A DNA stretch of 64,000 nt from Patescibacteria group bacterium (GTDB lineage Bacteria > Patescibacteriota > Microgenomatia > UBA1406): assembly GCA_041665145.1 (NCBI GenBank), contig JBAYJK010000001.1, positions 293,629 to 357,628 of the forward strand. Reading direction: 5' to 3'. Positions 38,291-47,081 of the stretch are shown here, one piece after another (within the stretch, counting starts at the first letter, position 1; each line of letters starts with the position of its first letter). The position numbers were made by a program, and so were the translations under genes. The notes under the pieces are model-generated. The model was not told the DNA's origin. It was given only the letters and a program-made list of their open reading frames with translations, and ran no database searches.

Positions 38291-38397
38291 AAAATTCAAA
38301 GCTCCAATAACAACCTTCAAGTCAAATTCAAAATTCAAATTTTAAACATTTAGATTTTGAATTTGATTTGTCATTTGTCTATTTGAATTTTGAATTT
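38291..38397. repeat. AT-rich inverted-repeat hairpin element, gene-less form (copy C)
   Basis: AAAATTCAAAGCTCCAATAACAA...TGATTTGTCATTTGTCTATTTGAATTTTGAATTT. It begins 3 nt after the exosortase stop. Confidence 0.85.
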
Positions 38398-38412
38398 ATT
38401 TTTCAATTCGGA

Positions 38413-38441
38413 TTGACACAAATTTTATCTTAATGTATACT
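38413..38441 (+). promoter_or_regulatory. sigma70-type promoter TTGACA-N17-TATACT
   Basis: TTGACA at 38413-38418 and TATACT at 38436-38441. GTG 38448 follows after 6 nt, which suggests a leaderless transcript. Confidence 0.55.
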
Positions 38442-38447
38442 ACTTTT

Positions 38448-38912
38448 GTGCAGAATATCACAAAAAAACTAACATTTTCAGCTCTTGTTACTCTTATCCT
38501 CTTTAGCTTAGTGTTAATTCCACAGGCATCGGCACAACCGGCACCCGTTGAACAAACAATTGTAAACGGCCAGGTGAAAGACGGAGCAAACAATCCTGTT
38601 TCCGGAGCATCGGTACAGACAAATTGTAATGGTAATGTGCGAAACACATCAACAAACGGAGACGGTAAATATCAAACGGTCTACACCGGGACGGAATGTC
38701 CGGTTAACACCGTTGTTACCGCTCAAGCTACAGCCGGCAGCCAAAGCGGCGGTGGCAGTGGTCAGGTACAAGAGGTGATTAACACCGGTACCGTGATCAT
38801 CAACGTTGCTCTCATCAATATAGCTGTTCCAGAATTCGGACTCATGACCGGAGCAGTCGCTGCCGTCGGATCATTGGCAGTATTCTTGAAAATGCGAAAG
38901 AAAACAGTCTAG
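38448..38912 (+). CDS. small secreted protein with a C-terminal VPEFG-TM-RKK sorting signal (paralog of 36750..37193)
   Basis: Signal peptide (M)QNITKKLTFSALVTLILFSLVLIPQASA. The same CNGN...ECP domain layout as the paralog. The C-terminus is IAVPEFGLMTGAVAAVGSLAVFLKMRKKTV. The ORF-track start 38433 lies inside the -10 box, so GTG 38448 is preferred. Confidence 0.6.
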   Translation: MQNITKKLTFSALVTLILFSLVLIPQASAQPAPVEQTIVNGQVKDGANNPVSGASVQTNCNGNVRNTSTNGDGKYQTVYTGTECPVNTVVTAQATAGSQSGGGSGQVQEVINTGTVIINVALINIAVPEFGLMTGAVAAVGSLAVFLKMRKKTV

Positions 38913-38917
38913 GTGCA

Positions 38918-39394
38918 GAAATTCAAAGATCAAATCTACAACCCTCAATTGAAATTCAAATGACAACCTTCAATTGAAATCTAAAATTCAAAATACAAAG
39001 AATTATTTCTTGTTAATGGCGCCGAATATGAGAGAGAGTTCTTTGGCTTCCTGAAGGAGCCTAGTAATTAAAGCACGTTGTGTTTCATCTGCAAACTCGA
39101 TCATTCGCAACCAATGGATAGTTTCCTTCGCCTCTTTTTTGCAAATACCAATCTTTGCATGGAAATCTTTTTTGGAGTCGGCACCGTTGGCTTCCATATA
39201 GTTGGCTCCGACACTTGTTGCAGATCTTATTATTTGCGAGATTAGTGGAACAGTAATTATTGTTTTTCTGATGCTGTTGCACAACGAAATTATTTGAGTG
39301 CCAAATAGGGTAGTTCGCACCTCAAGGTCGTATATTTTTTCTCCATTTGAATTTTGAATTTGATTTGTCATTTGTAGATTTGAAGGTTGAATTT
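38918..39394. repeat. 477-bp inverted-repeat-bounded unit enclosing a four-helix-bundle gene (long form, copy 1)
   Basis: 85-nt left arm, a minus-strand ORF at 39003..39371, and a 23-nt right arm. The termini are AAATTCAAAGATCAAATCTACAA on the left and, as reverse complement, AAATTCAACCTTCAAATCTACAA on the right. Confidence 0.75.
39003..39371 (-). CDS. four-helix-bundle protein (23S rRNA intervening-sequence protein family)
   Basis: 122 aa with LISQIIRSATSVGANYMEANGADSKKDFHAKIGICKKEAKETIHWLRMI, which matches the TIGR02436/PF05635-type pattern (R.A.S...N..EA......DF..K...A.KE..ET..WL). Confidence 0.8.
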   Translation of the reverse strand: MTNQIQNSNGEKIYDLEVRTTLFGTQIISLCNSIRKTIITVPLISQIIRSATSVGANYMEANGADSKKDFHAKIGICKKEAKETIHWLRMIEFADETQRALITRLLQEAKELSLIFGAINKK

Positions 39395-39470
39395 ATTATC
39401 CACCTCATGTTTATCAAATACCACGGTTTATAGGCATCATCTACGCCCAAAGTACTGTATAATGTATCAC

Positions 39471-40022
39471 ATGATTCGTCCCTTATTTAGACTCGCCAAG
39501 CGCTTGCACAGTGACTCTTTGTACAGAAATTCGTTGAGTGTTGTTAATAAGCTTAAGAATATAAAATTTCTTCCGTACATTTTGCATACCCAACTGATCC
39601 GGAGTCAGTTTAAAAGAATGGGAAAAAACTTTCTTGCAGAAGGCCATTTTGGGTACACAAAACCTAAACAAATCGAGATCGGTGATAATGTATATTTCAA
39701 TCACGATGTTCTATTAATAGTACATGGCAGTGCGTCAATAAAAATAGGAAATGATGTTTTAATAGGCCCATACTCATATATTTTTACAAAAATGCATGGG
39801 TATTACACACGGAGAATTCCAATAAGAAGTCAAAAGGAAACATTTAAATCTATAGTTATAGAGGATGGTGTCTGGTTGGGTGCAAATGTTATCGTGATGC
39901 CCGGAGTAACGATTCACAAGGGGGCTATTGTTGGAGCCGGTGCTGTCGTGACAAAGGATGTAAAATCGTACACAATTGTTGGTGGGATACCTGCAAAATT
40001 TATCAGAGACAGGCCCGCTTAA
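39471..40022 (+). CDS. hexapeptide-repeat acetyltransferase with a flippase-derived N-terminal segment
   Basis: LbH core IEIGDNVYFNHDVLLIVHGSASIKIGNDVLIG...[40 protein letters not shown] 39471 is preceded by TATAAT 7 nt upstream. The N-terminal LAKRLHSDSLYRNS is shared with the next flippase gene. Confidence 0.7.
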   Translation: MIRPLFRLAKRLHSDSLYRNSLSVVNKLKNIKFLPYILHTQLIRSQFKRMGKNFLAEGHFGYTKPKQIEIGDNVYFNHDVLLIVHGSASIKIGNDVLIGPYSYIFTKMHGYYTRRIPIRSQKETFKSIVIEDGVWLGANVIVMPGVTIHKGAIVGAGAVVTKDVKSYTIVGGIPAKFIRDRPA

Positions 40023-40178
40023 TTAGTCTTACATTAAAAAGAAGGTTATGTTAAACAAGTTATCAAGCGGTTTGTCTGTCATTATGCGCTATAATATGTG
40101 CTAAACTTAACAGTTTCCTGGTATTTTCAGCAATCTAGCAATTGTCATGTATCAATATAGCAATCTAACAATTTAACA

Positions 40179-41432
40179 ATGATAAAATCTATTTACCACC
40201 TCGCGAAGCGCTTGCACTCCGACTCTTTGTATCGAAATTCGTTTTACTTAATGGCCAGCACGTTCGCCATGGCCTTTTTCGGGTTCTTTTTTTGGATAAT
40301 AAACGCCCGTCTGTATAAACCGGAATCCGTGGGAATAACCACATCTCTTATCTCCGTTATATCATTATTATCCACAGTAAGCTTATTCGGCTTTAATAAC
40401 GGCATTGTGAGCTACTTGCCGAAAGAGAAAGACAAAAACCACATGATTAACACCATGTTTACGTTTACGGGCGTAGCAGGTGTGGTTATCTCTATTGTGT
40501 TTCTCTTGGGGCTTTCGTTTTTTGCTCCCAAGTTATTATTTATTCGTGCGAACCCGCTATTTATTGCCGGGTTTATTGTGCTGGTGGTTTTGAGTGTGTG
40601 GAACATTATGACGGATTCGGCGTTTCTGGCATTCCGGTCTACGCAGTACACATTTCTTGCAAACCTTATCAGTAGTTTCGCTAAGCTTGTAGCGCCATTC
40701 TTTTTTATAAGCCTCGGTGGGGCAGGAATATTTGCGGCATATGTAACATACCTAACGTTGTCTACCGGCATCAGCTTTTTGCTTATGTTCATTCGCCTGG
40801 GATACAAACCAAAAATGGATGTGGACAAAAAAATTATCCGTCAGACGGCAAAGTTTTCGTTTATGAATTACCTGGCTGGAACTATCGGCATGCTTCCAAC
40901 GCTAATTATCCCTATCTGGATTCTTAACAGACTAGGTGCCAAAGAAGCTGCGTATTACTATATGGCATCCATGATAATGGCTTTGCTTGGTATTATCCCG
41001 AGCGGAATAACCCGCTCGCTTTTTGCAGAGGGTTCGCATAATCAAAAGCATATGAAAGCACTGATCAAAAAGGCCGTAATTGGGGTGGTTGTTTTAGTGA
41101 TTCCAGCAATTATCATTACAATTATATTTGGTGGAACAGTTCTTACTTTGTTTGGAGAAAGCTACTCTGAGGAGGGTTTCAGGCTTTTGCAGTTGATGGC
41201 AGCATCTCTTTTATTTACTTCAACCAATCACATTCTCGGTTCTATTTTTAACATCAGGAAGGAAACAGGCACTATATTAGGAATGACGGTATTTGGAGCA
41301 ATTACAATATTGCTATTAATTAACAGCTTGATTAACCTTAAGCTTAACGGAGTGGGTTTTGCTTGGCTTATCAGTCAAATGATTACAGCTTTCGTATTTC
41401 TTATTATCTTCTTCCTAAAAAAACATGATTAA
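40179..41432 (+). CDS. Wzx-like polysaccharide flippase (MOP superfamily)
   Basis: 417 aa with about 12 TM segments and the typical N-terminus LAKRLHSDSLYRNSFYLMASTFAMAFFGFFFWII. Confidence 0.65.
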   Translation: MIKSIYHLAKRLHSDSLYRNSFYLMASTFAMAFFGFFFWIINARLYKPESVGITTSLISVISLLSTVSLFGFNNGIVSYLPKEKDKNHMINTMFTFTGVAGVVISIVFLLGLSFFAPKLLFIRANPLFIAGFIVLVVLSVWNIMTDSAFLAFRSTQYTFLANLISSFAKLVAPFFFISLGGAGIFAAYVTYLTLSTGISFLLMFIRLGYKPKMDVDKKIIRQTAKFSFMNYLAGTIGMLPTLIIPIWILNRLGAKEAAYYYMASMIMALLGIIPSGITRSLFAEGSHNQKHMKALIKKAVIGVVVLVIPAIIITIIFGGTVLTLFGESYSEEGFRLLQLMAASLLFTSTNHILGSIFNIRKETGTILGMTVFGAITILLLINSLINLKLNGVGFAWLISQMITAFVFLIIFFLKKHD

Positions 41433-42333
41433 AACAATAGGGGTCATCATATGTAACCAAAACGGTTTTACAGACACTGCCAAATGCATCGAATCTATAA
41501 AAACAATCAGATCTGCCAAACTTGACATACTAGTTATTGATAATGGCTCCGAAATGTCAGATTTTAAGAAAATTCAGGAAATTAAAGACATCTCAGTAAT
41601 AAGAAATGAAAAAAACTACGGTTATGCTAGAGGAAATAATCAAGGGATATTGTATTTCTTAAATAAGTCAGAGAAACCCGGATACATTTTACTATTGAAT
41701 AACGACGCTTTTTGTGAAGAAGATTTTTTGTTTCCGCTGCTTAAAATTTTAGATAAATCTAGAAGAGTAGGTGCTGTCAATCCACTGATTTATTATGCAA
41801 AAGAACGAAACAGAATCTGGTCTTCGGGAGGAAAATTAAACATGGAATCCGGGTCAATATCATCAGATTATATGTTTCATAACCCTAGTGTAAGTATCAA
41901 AGAGCCGTATTTAGTTGATTTTGTTTCTGGTTGTGCCTGTTTAGTTAGAACTGAAATTTTCCAGGAAGTTGGGTTGTTAGAAGAGTCATACGAGATGTAT
42001 GTAGAAGATGTCGAATTTAGTCTAAGAGTTAGAAATCACGGATGGGTGTGTATGGTTGAACCGAGATGCAAGATTTATCATAAAGTTAGTGCTTCCAGTG
42101 GGGGAACTGCGAGCTTTAAAAAGAGATACTATATTTCAAGAAACACAATGTTTTTAGCTAAGACATATTTCGAGGAACCACGGTTGTTTATCCAAAGATA
42201 TTTGTTAGGCCAGATCTTAGGTTTACACAACTATCCCATAGCCTCTATTCCCTTTCTGTTGTTTGCCACTTTAATAGGTTCAATTAATGGATTAATCTTG
42301 AGTGGTAAAAGAAAGATGAAGCATGAAATTTAA
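41425..42333 (+). CDS. GT2-family glycosyltransferase
   Basis: GVIICNQN...LVIDNGS...LLLNNDA...VEDVEFSLR (DxD and ED motifs). Confidence 0.7.
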   Translation: MIKTIGVIICNQNGFTDTAKCIESIKTIRSAKLDILVIDNGSEMSDFKKIQEIKDISVIRNEKNYGYARGNNQGILYFLNKSEKPGYILLLNNDAFCEEDFLFPLLKILDKSRRVGAVNPLIYYAKERNRIWSSGGKLNMESGSISSDYMFHNPSVSIKEPYLVDFVSGCACLVRTEIFQEVGLLEESYEMYVEDVEFSLRVRNHGWVCMVEPRCKIYHKVSASSGGTASFKKRYYISRNTMFLAKTYFEEPRLFIQRYLLGQILGLHNYPIASIPFLLFATLIGSINGLILSGKRKMKHEI

Positions 42334-42868
42334 TAAATACTATTTTAGAGAGTGTCTTTGTGAGTATTTGTGTAACGAAATAGTTTCAAACATCCCTTCA
42401 CATTTGTTTAGGATTTTTTTCTATAAGAAAGTTGCAGGAATTAAAGTAGGTAAAGAAAGCAGTATTGCTATGCATGTAAAATTCAGAAGTCCCTGGAAAA
42501 TAATAATCGAAGACAATTGTGCAATTAATCAAGACTGTTACCTAGATGGGAGGGGCGGTCTTATTATAGGGAAGAATGTGAATATTAGCAGAGGCACATC
42601 GATTCACACAGCTACTCATAATTACAACTCAAAAGACTTTCGTTACGTAGAAAAAGGTGTCGTTCTTGAAAAGGACGTATGGGTTGCCAGTAATTGTATA
42701 ATTCTCCCTGGGATTACTTTAGAAAAAGGCAGTGTTGTTGGAGCTGGTTCTGTAGTTACGAAAACAGTAGAAAAGTATACTGTAGTGGCTGGGAATCCAG
42801 CGAGAGAGAGGAAGAAACGCAATAGTAAACTTAACTACAAAACGAACTATTTTAGGTTGCTTAGTTGA
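42323..42868 (+). CDS. hexapeptide-repeat acetyltransferase
   Basis: IIEDNCAINQDCYLDGRGGLIIGKNVNISRG...VLEKDVWVASNCIILPGITLEKGSVVGAGSVVTKTV. Confidence 0.75.
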   Translation: MKFNKYYFRECLCEYLCNEIVSNIPSHLFRIFFYKKVAGIKVGKESSIAMHVKFRSPWKIIIEDNCAINQDCYLDGRGGLIIGKNVNISRGTSIHTATHNYNSKDFRYVEKGVVLEKDVWVASNCIILPGITLEKGSVVGAGSVVTKTVEKYTVVAGNPARERKKRNSKLNYKTNYFRLLS

Positions 42869-42886
42869 TTGAATAAAAGAGTGAGT

Positions 42887-43963
42887 TCAATCGAGACTAT
42901 TGTAAACAAGTTGTGTTTTTGTTGCTGCTTCTTGCCAGCTAATTGATTGAGCATATTTAAGAGCTTGTCTTCCCTTGCTTCCTAAATTCTTCCTGTCTTT
43001 ATAAACACTCACTAATGTGTTAAGTAGGTTTTTTGAATTTTGAGGATTATAAAAAAAAGTGAAATCGTCAGGAAACTCAACCAGATCACCTAGTTGTGGA
43101 CAAATAATCGGCTTGCCAAATGATAATGCGAGCAGTGCGCTACCGCTTGTTGTAATTTTTCTAAATGGCAACACAACCACATTAGCTGCATTCATATATA
43201 CTTGGACCTTGTCATCAGGGACAAAGCCTATATGGATATCAATGCTCTTCTCGTTAATTGACTGCAAAGATTTTTTAATACTAGGATCGCTAGCATTTCC
43301 AGCAATTAATAATCGTGTTCCTTTAATATTAGCTTTATTAAATAAGTTAATGAGCAAATCGACGCCCTTGTATTTTTCTATTCTTCCGAAGAATAAGTAC
43401 ACAAATTCATCTTTTGGTATATGTAATAGTCTTCTAGATACAATTTGCGAAACCGTGTTAGTGTAAAAATTTACATAATTACCATGAGGAACGATATAAC
43501 TATTCTTGGTAATAAAATGCAATTTTTTTATGCGTTCCAAAGTTGCATCAGAATTGAGAATTTGAGCGCTGCTCATAAAAAAAATAATTTTTGAGATATA
43601 CAGATCGTTTAAAAATATTTTCTCATGTGAGGTTAAATCGTGCATGGTCCAAACTATTCTATAGCCAAGTATTTTTAATATGACTAATATGCTGAGAAAA
43701 TATGCGGTATAGAGCAAACGGAAAAAAAAACTATGAAAAAATGCCTGTTTAAATGGAAATTGAAATGGATACAACCAATGGATATGAAAGATTCCGAATC
43801 CAGACAATTTATACTTGAACAACATTAGTGGTAGTAATAATAAGTTGACTGAATGGGACTTAGTCGGACCTACTAGATATCTGATAGTGAATTTCTTTGC
43901 TAATTCTTGGTAGAGTAGTCTCTGATAAGGATTATTATCTTGTGGGTAAACAAGTATTTTCAT
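42887..43963 (-). CDS. GT4-family glycosyltransferase
   Basis: FFGRIEKYKGVDLLI...VVLPFRKITTSGSALLALSFGKPIICPQLGDL, a GT4-like C-terminal domain. Confidence 0.6.
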   Translation of the reverse strand: MKILVYPQDNNPYQRLLYQELAKKFTIRYLVGPTKSHSVNLLLLPLMLFKYKLSGFGIFHIHWLYPFQFPFKQAFFHSFFFRLLYTAYFLSILVILKILGYRIVWTMHDLTSHEKIFLNDLYISKIIFFMSSAQILNSDATLERIKKLHFITKNSYIVPHGNYVNFYTNTVSQIVSRRLLHIPKDEFVYLFFGRIEKYKGVDLLINLFNKANIKGTRLLIAGNASDPSIKKSLQSINEKSIDIHIGFVPDDKVQVYMNAANVVVLPFRKITTSGSALLALSFGKPIICPQLGDLVEFPDDFTFFYNPQNSKNLLNTLVSVYKDRKNLGSKGRQALKYAQSISWQEAATKTQLVYNSLD

Positions 43964-44835
43964 GAATTAGTGATCAACTCTTTTAAAACACCAAGACCAT
44001 AAACTAAATGATCAACTGTTACTTGAATAGGTTTGCTTGAGCGGTTCTTTATCAAGGGGATTAATAAAAGTAATGGATATATTGGAATTATGATGGTAAT
44101 TGGCAGTCCAATTATAAATATCGGATAGATTACTGCAGTTATGTCGCGTGTAAAAAGATATTTAAGACGATGTCTATATGTTTTATATAACTTAGCCCGT
44201 GCAGCTCCATAAATGAACGATCTTTTTAAGTCGCTTTTCCAATCTCCCCAATTATGATAAATAACTGCATTCGGTTGATATCGTATTTTGTAACCCTTAT
44301 CTACTACACGCCAGCTAAAGCCGACATCTTCACCATAACCAAATAACTCGTTGAAATACCCGATTTCTTTTATCAGGTTTTTCTTAAAAGCTAAATTGAT
44401 CGTTGGGCATTCATTAAGGTACCTTGCTGACTTGTTTCTTTCAGCAACTTGGTCATGGAGTGTTGGTCGGTTCTTTGATAAGGCTTTACCGGCAACATAG
44501 ACTTCGCCCTCGTGCAGAAGTGGCTCAACAAGGTTGACGAGCCACTTCTTGTCGGGTATACAACCAGAATCTATAAAGACAATAATGTTTCCCTTTGCTT
44601 GAGTTATGCCTAAATTCCTTTGTTCAGGAATGGTTGGCTTGTTCTTTTTTATTTTATAGAAATACCATTTTACTTTGGGATATTTGGTTTTTATTTGTAG
44701 CAATCTACCTTTTTCCGAAGAATCAACGACTATTATTTCCGATTTAAAAGGGTTCTCAATTTGCGTGAGTCCTTTTAAAGTAGAATCAAGTTCCGGGTCG
44801 TTTTTAACAATAATAATTATTGAAAGAAAAATCAT
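43960..44835 (-). CDS. GT2-family glycosyltransferase
   Basis: LSIIIIVKND...IVVDSSE...FIDSGCIPD...GEDVGFSWR, followed by a C-terminal TM region. The start overlaps the upstream stop. Confidence 0.7.
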   Translation of the reverse strand: MIFLSIIIIVKNDPELDSTLKGLTQIENPFKSEIIVVDSSEKGRLLQIKTKYPKVKWYFYKIKKNKPTIPEQRNLGITQAKGNIIVFIDSGCIPDKKWLVNLVEPLLHEGEVYVAGKALSKNRPTLHDQVAERNKSARYLNECPTINLAFKKNLIKEIGYFNELFGYGEDVGFSWRVVDKGYKIRYQPNAVIYHNWGDWKSDLKRSFIYGAARAKLYKTYRHRLKYLFTRDITAVIYPIFIIGLPITIIIPIYPLLLLIPLIKNRSSKPIQVTVDHLVYGLGVLKELITNS

Positions 44836-47081
44836 TTAAATATTTTTGAACTTTTATTAGTGTAGATAAGATTTTTATTCAAACTAATGAATTGAAACGG
44901 ATAGTTTATTGCGAAAGTTGTTCCTAGATAGTATGACTTGCTAATACCTTTTATAGTGTTTGTATATGTGCTATATACATAGGAATATTTATCAATTGTA
45001 CCCGGTATAACGTCATTCATGATTCCGTTAGTGATTCTAGTATGTGACTGCAGCCTTAGCTGACCATACTGGTCAGTAAATACGACGCTGTTTTTCGAGT
45101 ACCCTGTTTCTAACCACTTAGCCGCTGCAACTTCCTCCGGCTTTATATAAAACCTTTCATAATCCTCACCAAAATTATTAAAGTTAAGTGAAGCAGATCC
45201 CCCTAAAAATTGACTTGTGATATTTATACTGAAAAGAAAATATACTGAAACTAGAACGAATAAAACCATCTTCTTTAGCAAATCATGGAGGAAAAATAGT
45301 ACAGCGTGAGTGCCGGCTATTAACCCCAGGCTCAGAACAACAAGCGATTGTTGGTAAAGGCGCTCGATATTGTATGAAATCGAAATTGAAGGCAACACAG
45401 TCATCGCCACAATTAAAACGAGAAGAGTTGGGAAAAGTCCGACAAAATCCGGCTGAATATTAAATTTATTTAGCATGTAGCCGAGTACTATAAACAGCAC
45501 ACCGAGAGAAATAAGTGCTTTGATGACTTTTTGATCTATTTGGGTTACCCAAAACGCAAGATTAGAAACTTGCCTGTTAATTGGCGGAATAAATTGCGCG
45601 GATGCGAGTTTAATTGCTTGCTGATCTCTACTAGTTGCTGGCAAAGGTGTTAGCCACTTAATTTTTTTGTATTTAAGAGTTGTCTCGTGAATATAATTCT
45701 GGACATCATTATTATTAATGGGTCTGGCTACTCCAATGATGGATATTCTAGCCTGCTCGCTCTTGACTTCAGCATGGTTAAACTTACTAAAATTTGTAAC
45801 AATACTTCGCACAACGTCAGACAGGTAGAAAGCAGTATTAGTAACCAGTCCGTACCAAATAACCGTAACACCGGCAAAGATCATAATCATACGTAATCCC
45901 AAAAAGGTATCGGTTCTTAGGTGATGCATAAACGGTAATTTCTTAAGAATCTTTACAGCAATGCCAAACGCATAGACACATACCATAACAATAAGCATTA
46001 TGTAGGCGGTTGAGTAGTGGGAGAAAATAGTTGCAATACCAAAAAGTATAAAGAGAAATTTACGAGTGGGGCCTGAAAAACCTTGTCCCAACCAGGTATA
46101 CAAAGTTAGCGTGAAAAATAACATTGCGATTTCCTGACGGGCGAGCGCTGGCATCTGTTGCATGAATTGGTATTGAGACATAAAAAAGAATGTAGCGAGA
46201 AACGCGTAAGACTTTTTTGTATGTTCCGACAGTAGGGCAAATACTGCAACAGGAGTGAATGCAAATAAGAAAGGGTAAAGAGCTTTGAAAATCCACAGGT
46301 TTGATAATCCGGTAAGCTCTCCTATAATTGTTGGTAGTAAAGAAGTGCTAAGTGTAGCGTTGTACGCATTGTTAATATTATTCATACTCCAGAACAGTTT
46401 TTCACGTGTTATCTGGAGCACTCTATATTCCGTCTGAATATCCCAGCCTACTAGGTAATTGCTCCGGAGCGAATAGGAATATATAAGCGAGATGCCGATA
46501 CAAAATATTGCAATGGGGTATACGTATGACTTAATCTTTTTTTCAAACAACAGAAGGAAAAAGATATAGATAAGTATTAGAAAAATAAATGCATATGTGT
46601 AGTAACTTTGAACGCCGCTATTAAGAAATAATGCTCCTAAAATGGAAAACAAAGGAAAAATAATCGGGAACACGCTAAGCAAAATGTTTATAAAGTTTGG
46701 CCTGATGCCCGGTTCTTGTTTATTTAGTGTTTGTTTTTTCAGGTAGTGGGTAGCAATAACAACGACATACAAAATATCTAGTGAGATAACCATAGGGATT
46801 CTTGCAAGCGGTGCTTGGACTCCCAGTATTTTGTACAAGGTGTTCAGACAAAGTCCGCCAATAAGGAGAAGTGAAAGACTTAAACCAATACTACTCAGTA
46901 TTATTTTGAGCTTAGATACTTGCTTACCGTTTGTAAGTAGTAATAACAGATATCCAGGAAAAAAGGCTATAGTACATAAACTAATTGGTAGCATCACACC
47001 GATAAAAGACGGAAAAAGAAGAGTTGTCACGTTGTATGAAAGTGCAACAACAAGTATTGCTAACAATTTCTGTTTACTCAT
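44832..47081 (-). CDS. large polytopic membrane protein (O-antigen polymerase/GT-C-like)
   Basis: 749 aa with more than 15 hydrophobic segments followed by a soluble C-terminal domain. It sits between GT2 genes. Assignment is by architecture only. Confidence 0.35.
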   Translation of the reverse strand: MSKQKLLAILVVALSYNVTTLLFPSFIGVMLPISLCTIAFFPGYLLLLLTNGKQVSKLKIILSSIGLSLSLLLIGGLCLNTLYKILGVQAPLARIPMVISLDILYVVVIATHYLKKQTLNKQEPGIRPNFINILLSVFPIIFPLFSILGALFLNSGVQSYYTYAFIFLILIYIFFLLLFEKKIKSYVYPIAIFCIGISLIYSYSLRSNYLVGWDIQTEYRVLQITREKLFWSMNNINNAYNATLSTSLLPTIIGELTGLSNLWIFKALYPFLFAFTPVAVFALLSEHTKKSYAFLATFFFMSQYQFMQQMPALARQEIAMLFFTLTLYTWLGQGFSGPTRKFLFILFGIATIFSHYSTAYIMLIVMVCVYAFGIAVKILKKLPFMHHLRTDTFLGLRMIMIFAGVTVIWYGLVTNTAFYLSDVVRSIVTNFSKFNHAEVKSEQARISIIGVARPINNNDVQNYIHETTLKYKKIKWLTPLPATSRDQQAIKLASAQFIPPINRQVSNLAFWVTQIDQKVIKALISLGVLFIVLGYMLNKFNIQPDFVGLFPTLLVLIVAMTVLPSISISYNIERLYQQSLVVLSLGLIAGTHAVLFFLHDLLKKMVLFVLVSVYFLFSINITSQFLGGSASLNFNNFGEDYERFYIKPEEVAAAKWLETGYSKNSVVFTDQYGQLRLQSHTRITNGIMNDVIPGTIDKYSYVYSTYTNTIKGISKSYYLGTTFAINYPFQFISLNKNLIYTNKSSKIFK

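Noticed and set aside
38918-39394. Four-helix-bundle units as genuine 23S rRNA intervening sequences
   Set aside because: The sequence flanking both 477-bp units is protein-coding (a sorting-signal protein, an acetyltransferase, a glycosidase-like gene). Nothing resembling 23S rRNA helices is adjacent.
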